IMG/VR virus record: IMGVR_UViG_3300016474_000918
Span: 1-37,208 of that record
Reading direction: 5' to 3' (one strand)
Source: a virus
Lineage: Duplodnaviria; Caudoviricetes
DNA length: 37,208 bases
The translations under genes were made by a program, and so were the position numbers. Positions 15,556 to 24,889 of the stretch are shown piece after piece. The notes under the pieces were generated by a model. That model had not been told where the DNA came from. It saw nothing but the letters and a program-made list of their open reading frames with translations, and did no database searches. Position 1 is the stretch's first letter, and every line of letters starts with the position of its first letter.

Positions 15556-16170
15556 ATGAAGAACCCGATCCTCAGCAAAACCATCCAGGGCATCCTGCTC
15601 GCGGTGCTCCCGCACTTCCTCGCCAAGGTTGGCCTCAAGTTCGACGACGCTTCCGTCCAGGGCTGGGCCGAGGACCTCCTCATGCTGATCGGCGGGGCGT
15701 GGGGCATCTACGGCCGCGTCAAGGCCGAGGTGCCGCTGAAGAATCCGCTCGCCAGCATGAAGCTGCCCGGCGCTGGCCTGATCCTCCTTTCAACCCTCGT
15801 CCTTCAACTTTCAACGGGCTGCGCGTCGCTCTCTCCCAACCAGCAGGCCGTCCTGAAGGCCGTGGCCAAGGCCGCCGTGATCTTCGGTGTCAACCAGCTC
15901 GGCGACTCGGTCAAGGAGGTGCGGCCGTTTCAGCCCGCGCTGCTCGGCGTGATCAACGCCACCTTTACCGCCACGGATAACGCGGCCTCGCTGGGCGATG
16001 CGTTGACCGAAGGCGTCAAGACCGTCGTGGCCGACGAGGCGCTGCGCGCACAGGTGCTGGCCGCGATCAAGGCGCAGCTCAAGGGCGCGACGGCGTCTGT
16101 TGCCGATGGGCAATCGCCAATCGCCAATCGCCAAGCGCAATTCAACGCCGCGCTCGCGGCCCGGCTCTGA
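15556..16170 (+). CDS. Membrane protein, holin-like N-terminus
   Basis: MKNPILSKTIQGILLAV...IGGAWGIYGRVKA two-TM holin-like segment, a third hydrophobic stretch ending LSTGC; first late gene. Confidence 0.6.
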   Translation: MKNPILSKTIQGILLAVLPHFLAKVGLKFDDASVQGWAEDLLMLIGGAWGIYGRVKAEVPLKNPLASMKLPGAGLILLSTLVLQLSTGCASLSPNQQAVLKAVAKAAVIFGVNQLGDSVKEVRPFQPALLGVINATFTATDNAASLGDALTEGVKTVVADEALRAQVLAAIKAQLKGATASVADGQSPIANRQAQFNAALAARL

Positions 16171-16204
16171 GCGTTCAACTTTCAACCTTCAACCTTCACC
16201 CGCC

Positions 16205-16582
16205 TTGCTGCTCGCCGCCGACGCACCCACCGCCGACTTCACCTTGCAGGCCCTCTTGCTGGCCGGGCTGCTCGGCAACGCCATCGTGGCGTGGCTGGCC
16301 ATCAGCGGGCGCAAGGACGCCCAGCGCCGCCAGATCAGCTTCGAGACCGAGTTCGCCACCAAGGAAGAGGTGCGCGAGACGCGCAACGCGCTGCGCGAAA
16401 TGGAGACCGACCTTGCCAACCTCAAGGACAGCATCGTGGCCAACGGCGAGCAGCGGCGCATCGCGATCGAGGCCAAGCTCGACACGCGCGCCGGCAGCAT
16501 CGAGCGCAAGCTGGAGGCGTTGCAGGAAACCGTCGGCAAAATCGCCGTGGAACTCGCGCGCCAAGGAAAGGACCGGCCGTGA
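16205..16582 (+). CDS. TM + coiled-coil protein (Mu gp25-position protein); start uncertain
   Basis: One TM helix, then FATKEEV and a coiled coil; TTG start assumed. Confidence 0.6.
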   Translation: MLLAADAPTADFTLQALLLAGLLGNAIVAWLAISGRKDAQRRQISFETEFATKEEVRETRNALREMETDLANLKDSIVANGEQRRIAIEAKLDTRAGSIERKLEALQETVGKIAVELARQGKDRP

Positions 16583-16833
16583 GCGACACCCAACTCATCC
16601 GCACCCAGACCATGCTGGACGTGCTCGGCACCGCCGCCGGGCTCATGTCCGACCCCGTGCTGCACGCCATGATGTGCGCCCGGCTCGGCGAGAAGATCAC
16701 CCTCAGCGAGTTTGAAGCCCTGCGTGCCCACGCCGAGCGCGAGCGCTGGATCACCGGAGTGCGCAGCCAGTTCACCGATCAGATGCGCTGGAAGATCACC
16801 GACGCGGGCCGCGTGGCCCGTTCTGAAATGTGA
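16579..16833 (+). CDS. Mu gp26-like small winged-helix protein
   Basis: GTG overlapping the upstream stop; ERWI...WKITDAGR; precedes the small terminase. Confidence 0.65.
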   Translation: MSDTQLIRTQTMLDVLGTAAGLMSDPVLHAMMCARLGEKITLSEFEALRAHAERERWITGVRSQFTDQMRWKITDAGRVARSEM

Positions 16834-17409
16834 ATGAGCAAGACCCGCAAGCCCAGCATCCCCAAGGACGGCCGGCCCGTGCCGCCGCTCACGCGGCTGA
16901 AGCTCGCCGTCGCGGCCATGCCCATCGAGCAGGCCGAGCAGCTTTACTCGCTCTTGGACTCCATGTCGGGCTCGGAGTGGCGGGCGCATGTGGCGCGCAC
17001 CTTGGGCATCAACCTGAGCAGCGACGCGAAGGTCACGAACTTTCGGGCCTGGTTTCAGGACTACCAGGACTTGCAGGACTTCAACGCGGCGATGGAGCGC
17101 GACGAGGCCGAGCTGGCAAACTCGGGCAAGAGCGCCGAGGAGATTCGCGAGCTGGTCATCCGCAAGGCCTACGCCCGCGCCGAAGCGAAGCGCGACAGCG
17201 AGCTTTCCATGAAGGTCATGGACCGCGACCTCTCGTTGTCGGACGCCCGCCGCAAGGACAAGGAACTGGCCCTGAAGACCGAAGCCCTCGCGCAGGCCGA
17301 GCGCAAGCTGAAGCTGCTGGAGGCCAAGGCCGCCGAGATCAAGGACGTGGTCAACTCGACACTCTCGCCCGAGGAGCAACGCGCGCGGCTCAAGGAAATT
17401 CTCGCGTGA
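16834..17409 (+). CDS. Putative terminase small subunit (Mu gp27-like)
   Basis: Helical 191-aa protein directly upstream of TerL; C-terminal LSPEEQRARLKEIL. Confidence 0.65.
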   Translation: MSKTRKPSIPKDGRPVPPLTRLKLAVAAMPIEQAEQLYSLLDSMSGSEWRAHVARTLGINLSSDAKVTNFRAWFQDYQDLQDFNAAMERDEAELANSGKSAEEIRELVIRKAYARAEAKRDSELSMKVMDRDLSLSDARRKDKELALKTEALAQAERKLKLLEAKAAEIKDVVNSTLSPEEQRARLKEILA

Positions 17410-18830
17410 AAACGGCGGCGGCCAAACCCAAGCGCGCCACCCGCGACAGCACGGTGCCCGCCAACCTCTCGCCCAAGGAGCTGCTCTATCCGTTGCAGCG
17501 GCGCTTTCTCGACGACGCGGCGCAATACAAGATCGGCGTGACCACGCGCCAGTGGGGGAAGTCCACCGTCACCAGCGGCGAGGCGGTTCACAACTGCCTC
17601 GTTGATCCCGGCACCAAGTGGGTCTGCATGAGCGCGGGCGAGCGGCAGTCGGTGGAATGGCTCAACAAGGCCAAGGAATGGCAGGCCGCCTACAAGCTCG
17701 CGATTGCCGACGTGGCCGAAGATCGCGGCGGGCTGGCGGAAGGGCTGCTGCGCAGCTCGGAGATCACGTTCGCCAACGGCTCGCGTATCATCGCCATTCC
17801 TGCCAACCCCAGCACGGCGCGCGGCTACTCGGCCAACATCATCCTCGACGAGTTCGCCTACCACGAAGACCCGGACGCGATCTGGGCCGCGATGTTTCCC
17901 AGCACGACGAACCGGCTGGCCGGCACGTTCCTCGACCGCTGGCGCGCGATGCTCAAGGGCGAGGACACCAACATCCGCCGCGATCTCAAGCTGCGCGTGG
18001 TGTCCACCTTCAACGGGCGCAACAACAAGTTCTTTTCGCTCTGGGAACGGGCCAAGGAAAACGGCTACTCGGCGCACCGTGTCACCATTCACGACGCGAT
18101 TGCCGACGGCATGCCGCTCGATGCCGAGAAGCTGCGGGCCGCGCTGGATGACCCCGAGGCGTGGGCTCAGGAATACGAGTGCGAGCCCATGGACAGCAGC
18201 ACGGTGTTGCTGCCCTACGACCTGATCGCCACATGCGAAAGCGCCGAGGCCACGGTCACGGTGCCGCCCGAGTTCTTTGTCGGCAGCGCCGCGCGCGCGC
18301 TGTTCATCGGCTGGGACTTTGCCCGCAAGCGTGATCTCTGCGTGCCGTGGATCGGCGAGCTGATGGGCGACGTGCTCACCTCGCGCGAGATGATCGAGCT
18401 GCGCGGTGTTTCCACGCCGGACCAGATCGACCTGATGCGGCCCCGGCTCAAGGCCGCGCGCCGCGTGTGCGTGGACTACACCGGCCCCGGCGTCGGCTTG
18501 GGCGACTACCTGGTCAAGGAGTTCGGCGAGTGGAATCCGGCCCGGCACGAGTTCGGCAAGATTGAACTCTGCACGTTCACCAACACGCTCAAGGTGGACC
18601 TGTTCAGCAAGCTGCGCATGGCCTTTGAGCAGCGGCGCATTCGCATCCCCATCCACCGCGCGATTCGCGAGGACCTGCACTCGGTGCAGCGCGTGACGAC
18701 CGCGTCCGGCAACGTGACCTACCGCGCGCCCCACACCGACGACGGCCACGCTGACCGCTGCACGGCGCTGGCGTTGCTGGTGCGCGCCGCCCAGCAAGAC
18801 CGCGCCAAATTCGAGGCCATCCTGATCTGA
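17406..18830 (+). CDS. Terminase large subunit (Mu gp28-like)
   Basis: TTRQWGKST (Walker A), PANPSTARG, IILDEFAY (Walker B), STFNG; nuclease motifs GWDFARKRD, VDYTGPG and DGHADRCTALAL. Confidence 0.93.
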   Translation: MKTAAAKPKRATRDSTVPANLSPKELLYPLQRRFLDDAAQYKIGVTTRQWGKSTVTSGEAVHNCLVDPGTKWVCMSAGERQSVEWLNKAKEWQAAYKLAIADVAEDRGGLAEGLLRSSEITFANGSRIIAIPANPSTARGYSANIILDEFAYHEDPDAIWAAMFPSTTNRLAGTFLDRWRAMLKGEDTNIRRDLKLRVVSTFNGRNNKFFSLWERAKENGYSAHRVTIHDAIADGMPLDAEKLRAALDDPEAWAQEYECEPMDSSTVLLPYDLIATCESAEATVTVPPEFFVGSAARALFIGWDFARKRDLCVPWIGELMGDVLTSREMIELRGVSTPDQIDLMRPRLKAARRVCVDYTGPGVGLGDYLVKEFGEWNPARHEFGKIELCTFTNTLKVDLFSKLRMAFEQRRIRIPIHRAIREDLHSVQRVTTASGNVTYRAPHTDDGHADRCTALALLVRAAQQDRAKFEAILI

Positions 18831-18831
18831 T

Positions 18832-21042
18832 ATGACCCTGCTGCCCCGACTCCGTGCCGCCCTGCACGCCTTGACCGCCGCGCCTGCGGCGTCGGGCGTC
18901 GTGCAGCGAGGCAGCATCGCGCCGTTTGACAAGCTGTTCTTCACCGACGGCGTCGTGGGCGATCAGCTCAAGGAGAGCTACGCCAACTCGGTCTGGGTGC
19001 AGCGTGCGATCAAGTTCGTGGCCGGCCCCATCAGCGCCGTGCCGTTGTGCTTTTACGAGGGCGACACCGAGGTCGAGTCACCCGAGCTGCACGCGTTCTG
19101 GCAGCGGCCGGCAGTGGGCCTGACCTTCTCCGAGTTTGTCACGGCATCAGTGGGCTGGCTGAAGCTCAAGGGCGAGGTGTTCTACCTGCTGGGCGATGAC
19201 GCGCTCGTGCCGTTCCCTGAGCAGCAGCGCCAGTGGTCGCCGCTCATCGTGGCCCGGCCGGACGCGATGGATCACGTCGTGCAGAACGGCGAGCTGGTGG
19301 GCTGGCGGTATCGCGACGCGCAAGGCAAGCAGCACCCGCTGCTGCCCGACCAGGTCATTCACGTGCGCGCGTGGAATCCCTACGATGCGTGGCGCGGCCT
19401 GGGTGAGCTGGAGGCCGCCTACATCGCGGCCGATGCCGACTACCTGGCCGGCAAATTCGAGCGCAACCTGATGCGGAACAATGGCGACCGCGGGCCGATT
19501 GTCTCGGCCACCAACGGCGTCACCGACGAGCAGCGCGACGCGATCGTGGCCGCGCTGCGCCAGAAGGCCTACAGCACCGCCGCCGGCAACTTCCGTCCGC
19601 TGTTTCTCACCAACGACGTGAAGGTGCAGGACCCGCAGGTGCTCGCGCCCGACGCCAACTTCGTGGCCTCGCGGCTGCACAAGCGGCACGAGATCATGCT
19701 GGCCTTTGGCGTGCCGCCCTCGATGGCCGACGTGGTGGCCAGCTACAGCGTGGGATCGGCGAGCGACCGCTTCCGCCTCATTGAGGACACCTGCATGCCG
19801 GCGAGCGCGCAGCTCGCCGATGCCATCGGGCGCGTGGCGTCGCGGCAGACCGGCCGGTCGCTGGTAGCGGAGTTCGACTGGGACGAGCACACCGTGATGC
19901 AGCAGGTGCGCGCCGAGCGGCTCGCGAGCGCCAAGGATCTGTTTGATCGCGGCTGGGCGTGGCAGGAGATCAACGACTACCTGCGGCTCGGCGCGAAGCC
20001 GTTCCGCGGCTGGGAGCGGCGCTACCTGCCGTTCAGCTTGCAGGAGGTCGGCAGCGCTCCTGCCGCGCCCGTGCAACCGCCCGGCACGCCGGCCGCGATG
20101 GACACCAGCGACGGCGAGGACAGCCCGGTGGTGGACGAGTTGGCCAAGCTCTTCGCATCGCGCAATGCCCATGGCGGTTTGCAACCGCCGCCCCACGTCT
20201 GCGCGGCGGCTGACGAATATGCGGCCAGCATCGAGGGCGCGGTGCGCACGATGAAGGCGCGGGCGCGGAAGTTCTTCTTCGAGCAACGGGCGCGGGTGTT
20301 GCGTGAGCTGGACAAGCGCAAGTCGGCGATTGGCAATGGGCAATCGACCATCGCCAAGGCCCTCGGCGACGACATCTTCAACCAGGAGTTCGAGAACCAA
20401 GCCATTCGCTCCAGCTTTCAGCCGGTGCTGCTGAAGCAGTTTGAGTTCGGCGGCGTGCAGCTCTGGCAGGAATACGGGCTCGGCGACTTCGTGCTGCCAC
20501 CCAAGGCCGCCACCGATTACCTCGCCAAGGCCGGCACGCGATGGGAAGAGATCAACGGCCTCACCCACACGAACCTGCGCGAGACGCTCATCGACGGCCT
20601 CAACAACGGCGAGAGCTTCGACCAGCTCGCCGACCGCGTGCGCGCCGTGTTCGATGCCGGGCAGGACATCCGCGCCGACACCATCGCATTGACCGAGACC
20701 AACACCGCGATCAACGCGGGCCGGCACGAGAGCCTGATGGAATCGCCGCTGGAGCTGAAGGTCTGGATGTCCGCCAACTTGGAAAACTCGCGGCCCGAGC
20801 ATCAGGACGCCGGCGAGCGCTACGCCCAAGGCATTCCCAAGGACCAGCCCTTTGTGCTGGCCAACGGTGCAAAGCTCATGTTCCCCGGTGACTCCTCCCT
20901 CGGCGCTGGCCCCGGCGACACGATCAACTGCAAGTGCCACATGGGCGCGGTGAGCGCCTTGAAAACACTTCCCCCGGCGGGAAGGACGAAAAGCCCAACG
21001 CGGCGCACCCTGCTGACGTGGCCCCAGTGGGCCAAGCATTAA
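18832..21042 (+). CDS. HK97-type portal protein fused to a MuF/SPP1-gp7-like minor head domain
   Basis: Portal motifs LKGEVF, DQVIHVR...PYDAWRGLG and IMLAFGVPP; C-terminal RADTIALTE, KVW, RPEH, LMFPGD and INCKC. Confidence 0.88.
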   Translation: MTLLPRLRAALHALTAAPAASGVVQRGSIAPFDKLFFTDGVVGDQLKESYANSVWVQRAIKFVAGPISAVPLCFYEGDTEVESPELHAFWQRPAVGLTFSEFVTASVGWLKLKGEVFYLLGDDALVPFPEQQRQWSPLIVARPDAMDHVVQNGELVGWRYRDAQGKQHPLLPDQVIHVRAWNPYDAWRGLGELEAAYIAADADYLAGKFERNLMRNNGDRGPIVSATNGVTDEQRDAIVAALRQKAYSTAAGNFRPLFLTNDVKVQDPQVLAPDANFVASRLHKRHEIMLAFGVPPSMADVVASYSVGSASDRFRLIEDTCMPASAQLADAIGRVASRQTGRSLVAEFDWDEHTVMQQVRAERLASAKDLFDRGWAWQEINDYLRLGAKPFRGWERRYLPFSLQEVGSAPAAPVQPPGTPAAMDTSDGEDSPVVDELAKLFASRNAHGGLQPPPHVCAAADEYAASIEGAVRTMKARARKFFFEQRARVLRELDKRKSAIGNGQSTIAKALGDDIFNQEFENQAIRSSFQPVLLKQFEFGGVQLWQEYGLGDFVLPPKAATDYLAKAGTRWEEINGLTHTNLRETLIDGLNNGESFDQLADRVRAVFDAGQDIRADTIALTETNTAINAGRHESLMESPLELKVWMSANLENSRPEHQDAGERYAQGIPKDQPFVLANGAKLMFPGDSSLGAGPGDTINCKCHMGAVSALKTLPPAGRTKSPTRRTLLTWPQWAKH
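20960..20988 (+). promoter_or_regulatory. Second copy of the 29-bp late motif, upstream of the protease/capsid genes
   Basis: Lies inside the portal 3' end, 56 bp before the protease ATG. Confidence 0.55.
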
Positions 21043-21044
21043 AG

Positions 21045-21722
21045 ATGAACCCGATCCGCCGCCAACTGAACCCCGTCGCCCGCGTCCTCGATGAGGCGCG
21101 CGGCCTCGTCGAATACGTGGCCAGCGACGAGACGGTGGACAGCTACCGCGAGATCATCCGCGCGAGCGGCTGGCGGTTTGACCTCTTCAAGAAGAACGCG
21201 CCCTTCGTGGACAGCCACGACTACAGCAGCATCGAGAAGAGCCTGGGCAAGGTCGTGGACTTCGCGGTCAAGGGCGGCAAGCTCATCGAGACCGTGCAGT
21301 GGGCCAAGGACGTGGCCGAGAACAAGCTTGCGCAATATGGCTGGGCCATGGTGCGCGCCGGCTTCCTGCCCGCCGTGTCGGTCGGCTTCTTCCCCACCAA
21401 GGCCGTCAGCCGCGGCGACGCCGCCTTCAACCAGCAGCTCACCGAGCTGGGCCTGCCGGGCGATGCCGCCGTCCGCACCATTTACACCGAGCAGCAGCAG
21501 ATCGAGCTGAGCGCCGTCATCATCGGCGCGAACCCCAACGCCCTGGCCAAAGCCTACAAGGCCGGCGCGCTCGATGACGCGGCGCTTGATTTCCTTTCCG
21601 GCGAACACGCGAAACGCGAAACCGCCCGCACGGCTGTCGGCCCTGATGCCGCCGTGCTGGCCCGGCATCAGGCGCGCGAGCGATTCCTGGAGCAGTTACA
21701 CACCACCATCAAATCCCAGTAA
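21045..21722 (+). CDS. Prohead maturation protease (HK97 family)
   Basis: ASDETVDSYREII, FVDSHDY, SVGF and ELSAVIIGANPNAL motifs. Confidence 0.9.
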   Translation: MNPIRRQLNPVARVLDEARGLVEYVASDETVDSYREIIRASGWRFDLFKKNAPFVDSHDYSSIEKSLGKVVDFAVKGGKLIETVQWAKDVAENKLAQYGWAMVRAGFLPAVSVGFFPTKAVSRGDAAFNQQLTELGLPGDAAVRTIYTEQQQIELSAVIIGANPNALAKAYKAGALDDAALDFLSGEHAKRETARTAVGPDAAVLARHQARERFLEQLHTTIKSQ

Positions 21723-21724
21723 GC

Positions 21725-23038
21725 ATGAAACGCATCCACACCCTTCTCCTCTCGCCCGCCGCCGCTGAAGGCGTGCTGCCCGAGGCGGAATTCCAGTCCA
21801 AGGTCCTCGGTTCGGTCAAGACCGTGACCGAGCAGAACGCCGAGCTGACCAAGAGCTTTGACCGGCTCGACGCCGACACCAAAAAGGCGTTCGACGAGCT
21901 GACCAAGATCAAGAACCACGCCAACGAGAGCGCGGCCGAGTTTGCCAAGCTCCAGCGCGCCTTGCAGACCGTGCAGAGCCGCATCGAGCTGGAGCGCCGC
22001 GCCGCGTTCGGGTGCCCGATCGAGCGCCTCGTCGCCGATGAGGACAAGCGCATGCGCCTCAGCGCCGCGTTTCTGTCGGCCGTGGACAAGAACAACGACG
22101 TGATGCGCGCCCTGCGCAAAGGCATGCCGTCCGACTTCGTGAAGCGCGCCCTCGGCGAGGACTCTTCGCCCGGCTCCACGCTGATCGACGACCAGTTGGC
22201 CATCGAGGTCTTCGACGTGCTCGCCAGCTACGGTAAGTGGAACACCCTGGGCGTCCGCCGCCTTGGCACCAAACAGACCAAGTATCCGATCAAGACCGCC
22301 CGCCCTGTGGCCAAGTTCATTCTGACCGAAGGCGACACCATCAGCGACGACACCAACAAGGCCGGCACCAGCGTGACGCTTGAAGCCGAGCTCATCGCCG
22401 TGCTTCTCAACGTCAGCGTCCAGCTTCTGGAAGACGCCGAAAGCTTTGATGTCGCGCAGGACGTGTTGAACGACTTCGCCGAGGCGCTCAACTATCGCTT
22501 GGACTGGGCGGCTTTCGCGGCCGACGGCACCAGCGACGACACCGACGGTGCCATGACGGGCATCTTTGAGTTTGGCACCGCCGCCACCGCCAGCGCCGGC
22601 AACGTCACCGTGCAGCAGACGCAGCTCGAAGACTGGGTCAACTGTTTGACTGTTGTGTCCAGCGGCGTGCTGAACCGGCCGCTGCGCTGGTGGATGCACC
22701 CGCAGCTGCTCGCGCGCGCCATCCTCGTGCGCGACGGCAACGGCCGCTCGATGTTCATGACCGCGCAGGAAGCGCCCATGGGCAGCATCGGCAGCATCCT
22801 CGGCTACCCGGTCGTCCCGGTGGATGCCGCGCCCAGCACGAACGCCGCCAGCGCCAAGGTCGCCGTGCTCGGCGATCCCAACGCGATGGTTGTGGCCCTG
22901 CGCCGCAGCTTCACCTACGAGACGTCGGACCACCACAAGTGGAACACCTTCCAGCGTTCGTTCCGCGCGATCACGCGCGGCGGCGTCAAGGGCCGGGCTG
23001 CCACCGGCTTCGCCGTGCTCACCCTGCCGGCTGCCTGA
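21725..23038 (+). CDS. Major capsid protein (HK97 fold with N-terminal coiled-coil delta domain)
   Basis: Follows the protease; VSVQLLED, WWMHP, RDGNGR and ILGYPVV motifs. Confidence 0.92.
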   Translation: MKRIHTLLLSPAAAEGVLPEAEFQSKVLGSVKTVTEQNAELTKSFDRLDADTKKAFDELTKIKNHANESAAEFAKLQRALQTVQSRIELERRAAFGCPIERLVADEDKRMRLSAAFLSAVDKNNDVMRALRKGMPSDFVKRALGEDSSPGSTLIDDQLAIEVFDVLASYGKWNTLGVRRLGTKQTKYPIKTARPVAKFILTEGDTISDDTNKAGTSVTLEAELIAVLLNVSVQLLEDAESFDVAQDVLNDFAEALNYRLDWAAFAADGTSDDTDGAMTGIFEFGTAATASAGNVTVQQTQLEDWVNCLTVVSSGVLNRPLRWWMHPQLLARAILVRDGNGRSMFMTAQEAPMGSIGSILGYPVVPVDAAPSTNAASAKVAVLGDPNAMVVALRRSFTYETSDHHKWNTFQRSFRAITRGGVKGRAATGFAVLTLPAA

Positions 23039-23044
23039 CCCATT

Positions 23045-23073
23045 GGCCCGCGCCGGCGATCCCGGCGCGGGCC
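23045..23073 (+). terminator. Strong hairpin after the capsid gene (terminator or stabiliser)
   Basis: 12-bp perfect stem GGCCCGCGCCGG / CCGGCGCGGGCC followed by a pyrimidine-rich tract. Confidence 0.65.
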
Positions 23074-23110
23074 GCTTCACTTTCAACTTTCATCCTTTAA
23101 CACAGACACC

Positions 23111-23587
23111 ATGAAACACCCGTTCCTCAAATTCCTCGCCGCCTGCTGGACGCTTTGTGCGCTGCTGCTCCTTGTCGCGTTCGCGCCGTCCGCTTCGGCG
23201 CAAACCTACACGCCGCAGCCGCTGACGCTGGCCACCAACACGATCGCCGCCTCGACCACCGAGTCGGGCGACTCCTCGGCGTTCACGCTCACGCGCTGGG
23301 ACACCATCGGCCTCCAGATCACCTTCCAGGGCAGTGGGGCCGGCACCGGCACGCAGACCCTGATCTTCAAGCACAGCGTGGACGGCACGACCTACTCGAC
23401 CGTCTCGCCCATCAGCATTGGCGTGGCTGCCAACGGCACCACGGCCGTGTGCGTGACCACCAACCTGTCCGGCTTGGGCGTGGGCTACCTCAAACTCGAC
23501 AGCTGGCAGAACGGCGCAACCAACAGCGTGACCAACTGCGTGATCAAGATCGTGGGCAAGCCCCGCGCTCCTGCGTTCCCGAACTAG
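23111..23587 (+). CDS. Beta-rich protein with a Sec-type signal peptide; possible capsid decoration protein
   Basis: MKHPFLKFLAACWTLCALLLLVAFAPSASA|Q; Thr/Ser/Gly-rich mature part. Confidence 0.75.
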   Translation: MKHPFLKFLAACWTLCALLLLVAFAPSASAQTYTPQPLTLATNTIAASTTESGDSSAFTLTRWDTIGLQITFQGSGAGTGTQTLIFKHSVDGTTYSTVSPISIGVAANGTTAVCVTTNLSGLGVGYLKLDSWQNGATNSVTNCVIKIVGKPRAPAFPN

Positions 23588-23602
23588 TTGTGAAGTGACA
23601 CT

Positions 23603-23632
23603 GCGGTGGCGGGTGTTGTTTCCCGCCGCCGC
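23603..23632 (+). terminator. Intergenic hairpin
   Basis: GCGGTGGCGGG-8nt-CCCGCCGCCGC; no U-tract. Confidence 0.4.
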
Positions 23633-23654
23633 CCCTCAAGGCACAACACGCAAC

Positions 23655-24053
23655 ATGAAAAAACTCGCCGCCCTCCTCGCCGTCGTCGCTGCCGTGGCGC
23701 TCACCGTGCTGGTGCTGCACCTAGAAGCCGCGCCCAGCAACCTCACCTTCACGCCCTCGCAGTCTGGCGTGCATCCCTACGCGCGCAGCAAGCCCCAGCA
23801 CGTGAACGCGCACGTGCTGGCCGCCGACACCGTCGAGACCAACGCCGTGCCCAGCGGCGCGCGGTTCGTGTTCTTCGCCGGCACTGCCGACTTCTATGCC
23901 CGGCCCGACGGCACCCTCAGCGTGCCCTCCTCTGACATCACCGACGGCACCGCCGGCGAGCTGAACCCGACCGTGTGGTCCACGGTGGGCATCACCAACA
24001 TCATGCTCATCGCGCCGGCCGCGACCAAGGTCACCCTGAGCTACTACAAGTGA
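23655..24053 (+). CDS. Beta-rich protein with signal peptide
   Basis: MKKLAALLAVVAAVALTVLVLHLEA|A. Confidence 0.75.
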   Translation: MKKLAALLAVVAAVALTVLVLHLEAAPSNLTFTPSQSGVHPYARSKPQHVNAHVLAADTVETNAVPSGARFVFFAGTADFYARPDGTLSVPSSDITDGTAGELNPTVWSTVGITNIMLIAPAATKVTLSYYK

Positions 24054-24889
24054 GCCGCCGCTTAAAAAACCTGTCGCTGCTGCTCGGCCCGCTGGCTGTG
24101 GCGTTGGTGCCGCTGCTGCTGCTCGCGCAGCCGCCGCTGTTCAACTACGCCCCCGGCGCGCGCCAGGCCACGCGGCAGGTCTCCGGCGTGCAGGCTCCCA
24201 CCAGCGTGCGGGGCAGTGCGGCGTGGACTCCCGCCAGCATCCCCGGCCTCCTGCTCTGGCTGGATGCCAACCAGATCACTGGCCTCAACGACGGCGACGC
24301 GGTCGCGACGTGGAGCGACCTTTCGGGCCTTGCAAACAACGCCACGCAAGGCACTGCTGCGGCGAGGCCAACTTACCAAACCGGGGAGATCAACAGTCTG
24401 GCGGCGGTTCAGTTCGACGGCGTGGATGACGTTTTGCAGCTCGCCAGCAGCATTGCCGCCACAAATTTCACTGTGTTTGTGGTGGGACGCAAAGCGGCAG
24501 GGGCAGCCATAACTTTCGTTGGCTTGGCGGGGACAGCCGGAGCCAGCGCGCCTTTGTATTATGGCCCGGATGCAAATTTCTACACACAAACGCAGACGGG
24601 AGCCTTTCGCACAACGGCGGCGCAAAATGCCACCGTGGAAGCGAATTTCCTGTATGCCGGCTACTCGAACGCGGGCACCCCGCAGCACCGGCTAAATCGT
24701 GTTTTGCTTGGCGGCAGCAACGGCAGCACCGGCTCGCCGACGGCATTTCAACAGGTTGGGGCATCAAGTGGACTGCCAAGCTATTGCACCGGATTTATTG
24801 CCGAGGTGATCGCTTACGACAGCAGCCTTTCGGCGGCAGACATTGGTCGCGTCGAAACGTATCTGCGCGCGAAATGGGGGACACCATGA
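24050..24889 (+). CDS. LamG/concanavalin-like lectin-domain protein with hydrophobic N-terminus
   Basis: WTP...LLLWLDA, WSDLSG, FDGVDDVL and IAEVIAYDSSLS...VETYLRAKWG; GTG start overlapping the upstream stop. Confidence 0.82.
   Translation: MSRRLKNLSLLLGPLAVALVPLLLLAQPPLFNYAPGARQATRQVSGVQAPTSVRGSAAWTPASIPGLLLWLDANQITGLNDGDAVATWSDLSGLANNATQGTAAARPTYQTGEINSLAAVQFDGVDDVLQLASSIAATNFTVFVVGRKAAGAAITFVGLAGTAGASAPLYYGPDANFYTQTQTGAFRTTAAQNATVEANFLYAGYSNAGTPQHRLNRVLLGGSNGSTGSPTAFQQVGASSGLPSYCTGFIAEVIAYDSSLSAADIGRVETYLRAKWGTP

Noticed and set aside
20173-20189. GGCGGTT-TGC-AACCGCC REP-like hairpin in the portal linker
   Set aside because: Single short copy in the window; cannot be distinguished from chance without the host genome.
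24050-24889. Diversity-generating retroelement target in the lectin gene
   Set aside because: No reverse transcriptase and no TR/VR pair differing at adenines was seen in the window.
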